Made by a program: the position numbers and the translations under genes | The notes under the pieces: model-generated | The model's database searches: none | The model's input: the letters and a program-made list of their open reading frames with translations, nothing else | What the model was told of the DNA's origin: nothing | Origin: an uncultured delta proteobacterium | Lineage (GTDB): Bacteria > Myxococcota_A > Polyangia > Fen-1088 | Length of the DNA stretch: 64,000 bases | Direction of reading: 5' to 3' | Assembly (NCBI GenBank): GCA_963796685.1 | Contig: CAWCMR010000025.1 | Coordinates: 96,001-160,000, forward strand | Shown here: positions 57,664 to 64,000 of the stretch, piece by piece | Layout: every line of letters begins with the position of its first letter | How positions within the stretch are numbered: the first letter of the stretch is position 1

Positions 57664-59022
57664 ATGCATCTTCGATCAAGTTTGGTTCTTGGCATTGTGA
57701 CGGGAGTCGGTACCGTATTCGCATATGGTTGTTCGCCGTCGGGAGGGACCATGAGCGGCAGCGGAGGAAGCACGGCTTCGAGCAGCGGCGGGCAAGTTGG
57801 AACGGGTGGCGCATCGGAAAGCGGCGGCCAAGTCGGTACGGGTGGCGCGTCGGGAACCGGTGGCGCGTCGGGAACCGGTGGCAAGGTCGGGAGCGGTGGC
57901 GCGACGGGTACCGACAGCACGACGACAGGGAGCGGTGGGGCTACAGTCAGCGGCGGCAATACCGGCTCTGGAGGGGCTGCCGGCGGCGCGACGGGCATGG
58001 GCGGAACCGTGAGCAGGGACGGGGCCGTAGATGGCGCCGGCAAACGTGACGGCGGCGGCATGCGTGATTCCGGTCCAGCCACCACGGGCGGTGGGACTGG
58101 GACCGGCGGCTCGACCGGCGCAGGCGGCACATCTGGCCCCGGCGGCTCGACGGGCGCACCCGGAACGATCAGAAAGTACTTCGGCAACATCGATACCTCA
58201 GGTTCCATCCGCTCGGATTTCAAGTCCATGTGGGATCAGTTCAGTCCCGAGAACGCCGGGAAATGGGGCTCGGTGCAGGGCAGCTCTGCAAGCACCTTCA
58301 ATTGGTCTACGCTGGACGCCATGTACAAGTACACCCAGGACAACAATATCCTCTTCAAGGAGCACTGTTTCTTTTGGGCTGCTCAGCAACCGAGCATGGC
58401 GACCAACAGCAATATCGAGACCGTCGGCAAGGCGTGGATGAAGGCCTTCTGCGATCGCTACCCCAAGACCGCGATGATTGACGTCTTCAACGAGTCGCTG
58501 CACAACTCGCCGGCGTACAAGACCGGCATGGGCGGCACCGGCACCACAGGCTACGACTGGCTCATCAATGCCTTCACATGGGCGAGGGAGGCGTGTCCAA
58601 ACGCCATCTTGCTCTATAATGATTACAACACCATCGAGTACTCCAACGAAAACAGCGGCGTCATCAAGCTGGTGAAAGCCATCAAGGCCGCCGGCGCCCC
58701 CATCGACGGGGTCGGCTGCCAAGGCCACGATGTCGGCAAGGTCTCGGCGAGCACGGTGACGACTTACGTCAACAATATCATTAGCCAAACGGGCGTGCCC
58801 GTCTACATCACGGAGATGGACGTCGGGGAAGCCGACGACAACACGCAGATGACGAAGATCAAGGATGTCGTCACGCCGCTTTGGGCCAACGATCAGGTGA
58901 AGGGCATTACCTACTGGGGCTATATCGTCGGCCGGACGTGGAGAGACAATACCGGGCTCATGACGGACAGCGGCACGAAGCGCGCGGCGCTGACCTGGCT
59001 GCTGGGCTTCCTCGGCCGATGA
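57664..59022 (+). CDS. GH10 endo-1,4-beta-xylanase lipoprotein with Gly/Thr/Ser linker
   Basis: Lipobox AYGC; PENAGKW, KEH, IDVFNE (acid/base), LLYNDYN, IDGVGCQGH, VYITEMD (nucleophile), GITYWG. Confidence 0.93.
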   Translation: MHLRSSLVLGIVTGVGTVFAYGCSPSGGTMSGSGGSTASSSGGQVGTGGASESGGQVGTGGASGTGGASGTGGKVGSGGATGTDSTTTGSGGATVSGGNTGSGGAAGGATGMGGTVSRDGAVDGAGKRDGGGMRDSGPATTGGGTGTGGSTGAGGTSGPGGSTGAPGTIRKYFGNIDTSGSIRSDFKSMWDQFSPENAGKWGSVQGSSASTFNWSTLDAMYKYTQDNNILFKEHCFFWAAQQPSMATNSNIETVGKAWMKAFCDRYPKTAMIDVFNESLHNSPAYKTGMGGTGTTGYDWLINAFTWAREACPNAILLYNDYNTIEYSNENSGVIKLVKAIKAAGAPIDGVGCQGHDVGKVSASTVTTYVNNIISQTGVPVYITEMDVGEADDNTQMTKIKDVVTPLWANDQVKGITYWGYIVGRTWRDNTGLMTDSGTKRAALTWLLGFLGR

Positions 59023-59048
59023 GCCGTTCCGTGGGACGTTGGGAACTG
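59020..59048 (+). promoter_or_regulatory. Putative ECF-sigma promoter
   Basis: TGAGCC-N16-GGAACTG immediately upstream of the sigma gene. Confidence 0.65.
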
Positions 59049-59077
59049 CAGTCCTAAGGAGCTAGACTGGACTATCA

Positions 59078-59716
59078 ATGGGCCCCCGCAGTTCCCATGT
59101 AAAGCTGGCGCTCGTGGGCCCGCCCGCACGCGAGCACCTGAGCGACGCCGAATTGGCGCGTGCTCTGATATCCGGTGCGGCGTGGGCCTATGCGGAAACC
59201 TGGAACCGCTTTTCTCCCGTCGTCTTCAACATGGCGATCAGCGCGCTGGGATCGCCATCGGAGGCTGAAGACATCGTCCAGGAGGTCTTTTGCCGTTTGG
59301 TCGGAAAGGCCAAGACCCTTCGCCAGCCGGAATGCCTCCGCAGTTTCATCGTCTCTTTCGCCATTCGCGTCCTAAAATGGGATCTGCGCCGCAGACGCGT
59401 GCACGGCTGGCTGACCTTCGAACCTGGGGAGGCGCTGATAGACGTGGTCCGAGTCTCCCTCGACGTCGAATCTCGTGACATACTCCGGCGTTTCTATGCA
59501 CTCTTGTCCCGGCTTGGCGCACGCGAGCGCCTGGCGTACGCGTTGAGGCACATCGAATCGATGACCATCGAGGAGACGGCGCAGGCCATGGACCTGTCGG
59601 TGTCGACGGTGAAGAGGCTGCATGAGCGAGCGACGGACCAGCTATCCAAGTGGAGCGAAACGGATTTCGAGCTGACCGGGCTTCTCCTGAGAAAGCGTGG
59701 GTGGCATGAGACCTGA
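59078..59716 (+). CDS. ECF sigma factor (cassette 3; paralog of 48269-48907)
   Basis: SDAELARALISGAAWAYAETWNRF, EAEDIVQEVF, ESMTIEETAQAMDLSVSTVKR. Confidence 0.92.
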   Translation: MGPRSSHVKLALVGPPAREHLSDAELARALISGAAWAYAETWNRFSPVVFNMAISALGSPSEAEDIVQEVFCRLVGKAKTLRQPECLRSFIVSFAIRVLKWDLRRRRVHGWLTFEPGEALIDVVRVSLDVESRDILRRFYALLSRLGARERLAYALRHIESMTIEETAQAMDLSVSTVKRLHERATDQLSKWSETDFELTGLLLRKRGWHET

Positions 59717-61043
59717 TGTCGGTGGAACGCCCGATCCCTCTCCACTCGCCATCCTGACCGAGTTGGCCCGCGATGCGCGCAATCAGCTTCCCCGCCCCAC
59801 GCCCGAAGAACTGGGAGACAAGTGGGAGTTGGTCTCGACGCGTATTGCTGCGCAGAAGGCTCGTCGCAGGATCCTCATTCGACTTTCGATGGCTGGTGCG
59901 CTGGCCACCGCAGCAATAGCGGCATGGGTACTTCCGCGGCCGGGTCGACTGTCAGTGCCTGCCACGGCGCCGGCGGCCCTCAGCTATCGAATTGAAGGCG
60001 GAAACGTCGTAGACGGCGGCTACCTGCGCGAGTCCGGCTCCGACACGGTCAGGATGCGATTTACCGAGGGTACGGAATTCGTGCTCAGCCCGGGAACCCG
60101 GGCACGCCTGCGATCGGTCTCGAGCTCGGGCGCGCGCATCGCCATCGAACATGGCACCGCATCCTTCCAGGTCACACCGCGCAGCGAGGCGCTGTGGCAA
60201 GTCGACGTCGGGCCATTCCTTGTCACGGTGAAGGGAACCATGTTCACGGTTTCCTGGGATGCGGTCGGCGAACGATTCGATCTAAGACTCCGGCATGGCG
60301 AGGTGTCGGTGACCGGACCGGTTTCCACGGGAGCAATCTCCGTGAAAGCGAATCAGCGATTGGTCATCGATCTGCCCAAGAAGGAAACCGTGATCACGGA
60401 GGAAGACGATGGAGAGAGCTCTGCCGGGATCGGCTCCCCGCGGTCAGAGAGCACGGACCAGGTCAAAAGCCCCGCCTCCGAGCGCCCCTCGCCGTTGGTA
60501 GCCCGACCGACTGGCCAAAATCCCGCGTTGTCGACCGAACGGAGGACTGCCAAGTCTGGCGCGGGCCGAGGTTGGGGCGAAGCCGTGGCGGCAGGACAAT
60601 GGGATCGCGTCCTCACCGAGGTCGATCGCGCCGGCGTGAAGCAAACCCTGGCGCACGCCTCCAGTGAGGACCTTCTGGCGCTGGCCGACGCGGCCCGCTA
60701 TCGGCGACGAACGGGGCTGGCGCGTGCGGCGCTGCTGGCCGAACGCGATCGCTTCCCCGGATCCCCCTCGGCCCTGGACGCCGCGTTCCTCCTCGGCCGC
60801 CTCGAAGAATCGCGACACGGCGAGCGGCAAGAGGAGATGGTCGAGGCGATTCGGTGGTACGATACATACCTTTCGGGAGCGCCTTCAGGCACCTACGCTT
60901 CCGAGGCGCTGGGACGGAAGATCATTGCGACGAAAGGCCTCCGCGGGGCCGCCGCGGCCGAATCTCTGGCCAGGGAATACCTGCGACGTTTCCCTGGCGG
61001 CCCCTATGCCGGCGCCGCGCGCGAGCTGCTGCTTCATCCGTGA
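59706..61043 (+). CDS. FecR-domain anti-sigma factor with C-terminal TPR-like domain (cassette 3)
   Basis: Paralog of 48897-50201: VDVGPFLVTVKGTMF, EDLLALADAARY, YLRRFPGG. Confidence 0.88.
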   Translation: MRPDVGGTPDPSPLAILTELARDARNQLPRPTPEELGDKWELVSTRIAAQKARRRILIRLSMAGALATAAIAAWVLPRPGRLSVPATAPAALSYRIEGGNVVDGGYLRESGSDTVRMRFTEGTEFVLSPGTRARLRSVSSSGARIAIEHGTASFQVTPRSEALWQVDVGPFLVTVKGTMFTVSWDAVGERFDLRLRHGEVSVTGPVSTGAISVKANQRLVIDLPKKETVITEEDDGESSAGIGSPRSESTDQVKSPASERPSPLVARPTGQNPALSTERRTAKSGAGRGWGEAVAAGQWDRVLTEVDRAGVKQTLAHASSEDLLALADAARYRRRTGLARAALLAERDRFPGSPSALDAAFLLGRLEESRHGERQEEMVEAIRWYDTYLSGAPSGTYASEALGRKIIATKGLRGAAAAESLAREYLRRFPGGPYAGAARELLLHP

Positions 61044-61053
61044 ACGATCCGCC

Positions 61054-62082
61054 GTGCGTCGGCTGGCAATCGACGTCGTCCTGCTGACGGTGCTTCTCTG
61101 GGCTGTGGATGCTTCGGCAGCCAGCGTGATGCTCGTGCGGCCGCCGAATCCGTCCGCCCCCATGGCCGAAGCCATCGTGCGCGTGCGCGGCGAGCTCATA
61201 TCCGAGGGCTTCCAGGTGGATGTCATGGACGGACTCAAGGGCGCGGAATCGCGCGCTTGGCTCGAGCAGCTGGCGGAAGCCCACAAAGCAGATGCGGTCG
61301 TCGCCGTCCTCGGCGATGAAACACCGGACTCGGTCGAGGTTTGGGTGATCGACAAGGTAACCGAAAAGACGGTCGTCCGACGAATACCCTTCAAGCCGCA
61401 ATCCGACCACGCAGCCAAGACCTTCGCCATTCACACGCTCAAGCTTCTCCGCGCCAGCTTTCTGGAAATCGACCTCCGGCTCGGTGGCCGGCCTAGCGAA
61501 GCCAGGTCGGTCCCTCCGGAGGTGGAACACTTTGTCGATGGCGAAAACCCACCCCATCGGGAGGGACGCTTCGGCGTCGAGCTCGGTGGCGCGGCGGTCA
61601 TCGGCCTTGGCGACATCGGGCCGGCGCTCCTCCCCGTCATGCGCCTGGGCTGGGCCATCCGGCCATCGCTGGTCGCCCAGGTGACGGTGGGGGGGTACGG
61701 GTCGCGTCCCAGCGTCCAAACCGACGTGGGCAGCGCCCAGGTCGCCCAAGAATTTGCCGTGCTCGGGGCACGCTACCGATTTCTTCCCGGTCGTCGCGTA
61801 CGCCCCACCCTCTCTCTTTCGGCGGGGGTGCTTCACTCCCGCGTCGAGGCCCAGGCCCCGGCCGATTCGCCCTACCAAAGCCGAGATGCGGCCTTGTGGT
61901 CGTTTCTGCTCGATGGCGGTGCCGGCATTGGGGTCGCACTTGCCGAACGGTTCGAGATAACATTGGCGGCCCATGCACAAATCGCGAACCCATATCCCGC
62001 CATCCGCTTCGACAGATCGGTCGTGGCCACGTCCACCCGTCCCAGTCTTCTTTTCATCCTGACGATTGGGGCTTGGCGATGA
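61054..62082 (+). CDS. Outer-membrane protein: periplasmic N-domain + small beta-barrel (cassette 3)
   Basis: GTG 61054; paralog of 50212-51249 (PDSVEVWVIDKVT, LLRASFLEIDL, WSFLLDGG, ends LTIGAWR). Confidence 0.7.
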   Translation: MRRLAIDVVLLTVLLWAVDASAASVMLVRPPNPSAPMAEAIVRVRGELISEGFQVDVMDGLKGAESRAWLEQLAEAHKADAVVAVLGDETPDSVEVWVIDKVTEKTVVRRIPFKPQSDHAAKTFAIHTLKLLRASFLEIDLRLGGRPSEARSVPPEVEHFVDGENPPHREGRFGVELGGAAVIGLGDIGPALLPVMRLGWAIRPSLVAQVTVGGYGSRPSVQTDVGSAQVAQEFAVLGARYRFLPGRRVRPTLSLSAGVLHSRVEAQAPADSPYQSRDAALWSFLLDGGAGIGVALAERFEITLAAHAQIANPYPAIRFDRSVVATSTRPSLLFILTIGAWR

Positions 62083-63591
62083 AGCGCGTATTGCCAACGG
62101 GCGCGATCCTCATCACCTTGGTGGGTTGTTCGCGTGGCAATCTCGACGTGATCGAACGGCTGCCATCTTCGGACGGCGGCGGCAGCATCGAGTATGACGG
62201 CGCCGCGTCGGCGCTGGACTCGGCCATAGACGCGGGCTCACCGCCCAGTCTCGAAGACTTGCAGCGAGCGTACGTCGACCTGCGGTTTGGAATGCTCCTC
62301 CATTTCGGAATCCTCACCTACACGGGCAATTGGGCGGATGCCAACCTCCCCATTGACCAGTTCAATCCCACCAAGCTCGACGCCACCCAGTGGGCCGATG
62401 CCGCAGTAGCCGCGAACATGAAGTACGCCATCCTGAGCGTCCGCCACATCGATGGATTCGCGCTCTGGAACACGGCAACCACCAACTTCGACGTGGGCGC
62501 CATCAGCTGGAGAAACGGCAAGGGAGACGTGGTACGTGAATTCGTCGATGCCTTCCGCTCCCGCGGGCTCAAGGTCGGATTCTTGTACCCCATGTGGGAC
62601 GCCACCCAAGGACTGGGCAACAGCGGCGTGGGCAACACCACCATCACGCGTCCCCAGATTGAATACCTGAAGGCTCAGCTCACGGAATTGTTGTCGAACT
62701 ACGGCACGATCTCGTTTCTCCATTTCACGGCCTGGGCCTGGCAGATGGGCCACAATGCCGTGCCCTACCAAGAAATTCGGGAGCTCGTGAAGTCCCTGCA
62801 GCCAACCTGTCTCATTTTCGACCAGACACAACTGATGAACCTGTGGGATGTGGACGCGACGGTCTACGAAGAATCATGGGGCATTACCCCATCCGCCGAC
62901 AACACATTGCCCTCGACCGAGATGCAGAAGATCAACAGCAGCGGCGGAAACAACTGGTTTTGGGCTCCGGACATCGGCGGGCTGATGACCGCGACCGATA
63001 TTGCCCAGAACCTGCAGACGCTCGAAGGGCGTTGGACGAATTTTCTGCTGAACGTTCCGCCCAACCGCGATGGCCTCCTGGACCCCTCGATGGTCGCCAT
63101 CCTGGCCCAGGTCGGCTCGCTGTGGAATCCCGACCTCTCGCGCAAACCCTTGCCGGCGCAAGGCCCACAGAATGAGTACCCATACACACCGGTAAGCGCC
63201 AGCGCCACGAGCGGCAATGCAGCCAACGCGATCGACGGCGTCGACACCTACAACGGCTATTCGGTCTGGCAGTCGTCGGGCCCCCTGCCGCAGTCGATCA
63301 CCCTCGACCTAGGCGTCGAGCGCCCGGATGTTGGAACCCTCACCTACGTGCCACTCTACGCCGGTAGGGAATCCCCCAGTACCGACGGCGCGATCACCTC
63401 CTATGCCATTCTCACCAGCGGAAACGACAACAACTTCACGGTGGCGACGACCGGAACCTGGCCGTCGAGCACGGCGATGAAGACCGCCGTCTTTGGCCCC
63501 GTGGCGGCCCGCTACGTTCGGCTGGAGGCACGGGCAGCCACTGGGAATAACGCAGACTGCCACCGAGATCACCGTAGGCGCTCGACGCTGA
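62079..63591 (+). CDS. GH29 alpha-L-fucosidase-like lipoprotein + F5/8C (CBM32-like) module, nucleophile apparently absent; frameshift near 63555
   Basis: ATGA overlap; lipobox LVGC; FGMLLHFG, FNP..LD..QW, RHIDGFALW, GDVVREF, QLTELLSNYG, LLNVPP; nucleophile site reads LHFTAW; A.NAIDG...W...P..ITLDLG...ARYVRL. Removing one base gives ...TATEITVGARR* ending at 63591. Confidence 0.82.
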
Positions 63592-63637
63592 CTCGACGCC
63601 TCGACGCACCAGACAATGACCTGGCGCCGTTCCACGT

Positions 63638-63669
63638 TTTCCCGAGGCTTTCCCGAGGCTTTCCCGAGG
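63638..63669 (+). repeat. 11-bp tandem repeat x3
   Basis: TTTCCCGAGGC at 63638 and 63649, TTTCCCGAGG at 63660. Confidence 0.9.
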
Positions 63670-63673
63670 ATCC

Positions 63674-63702
63674 TGAGCCGAAATGGCCGTCAGCCGGAAC
63701 TG
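63674..63702 (+). promoter_or_regulatory. Putative ECF-sigma promoter for the downstream lipoprotein gene
   Basis: TGAGCC-N16-GGAACTG, identical boxes to 59020. Confidence 0.65.
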
Positions 63703-63801
63703 TTACGCCGAGGAGTTTATCTTTCGCTCATGCCTACCACAACACTTCACGTAGACTGCGCGAGTGCAGAATACTGGGCCGAAAACCCGCGGAGGCACGT
63801 C

Positions 63802-64000
63802 TTGACACGAAGCTCGCAGATCCGTTGTCTTCTTTCCCTCGCCATCTCACTTGGCGCTGTCGCATGTTCATCGAATGCCCCGCCCCAGAGCGGAGCTGGC
63901 GGCCAAGGCGCGGGTGGTTCGGCGGCAAGCGGCGGCAAGACCGGTAGCGGCGGCGCCAACTCTGGCGGTACGGGTGGAACCAGCTCGGCGACAGGCGGCA
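63802..64000 (+). CDS. N-terminus of a Gly-rich-linker lipoprotein (runs off window end)
   Basis: RBS GGAGG 63791, TTG 63802: MTRSSQIRCLLSLAISLGAVAC-SSNAPPQSGAGGQGAGG..., same layout as the GH10 lipoprotein. Confidence 0.75.
   Translation, partial: MTRSSQIRCLLSLAISLGAVACSSNAPPQSGAGGQGAGGSAASGGKTGSGGANSGGTGGTSSATGG

Noticed and set aside
61896-63947. 683-aa ORF taken at face value
   Set aside because: The real start is ATG 62079 (lipobox, ATGA overlap). The tail after ~63555 is frameshift read-through across a promoter and the next gene.

Overview
GC-rich bacterial DNA whose gene content (Gly/Ser-linker lipoproteins with 'DAG' repeats, Cys-rich secreted proteins, TonB_C-fused TonB-dependent receptor, FecR-TPR anti-sigmas) points to a myxobacterium (Myxococcota, probably Polyangia); the taxon is an inference. 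The window has two modules. (1) ~1-45.5 kb looks like a phosphate-starvation surface island. It holds four PstS-fold Cys-rich secreted proteins, an OprO/P-type porin with ExbB/ExbD/TonB/TBDT operon, a surface metallophosphoesterase, an OlsF-like aminolipid acyltransferase with FabF/ACP, two PhoB-like regulators, paralogous Ig-stalk and beta-propeller lipoproteins and a TMTC-like glycosyltransferase. About a dozen promoter regions carry 11-bp-periodic pho-box-like arrays. (2) ~45.5-64 kb is a polysaccharide region with active-looking GH9 and GH10 enzymes and three ECF-sigma cassettes. Two are paralogous sigma / FecR-TPR anti-sigma / small outer-membrane beta-barrel / lipoprotein units. In both, the lipoprotein is a CAZyme-fold protein missing its catalytic residues (esterase Ser->Ala and His->Leu; GH29 nucleophile Asp->Thr), both share a post-lipobox motif, and both units share a TGAGCC-N16-GSWACTG promoter. 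This is the best candidate for an undescribed system: TonB-independent trans-envelope glycan sensing by pseudoenzymes. Five single-base frameshifts are probably assembly errors. No rRNA, tRNA, CRISPR or transposase was seen.
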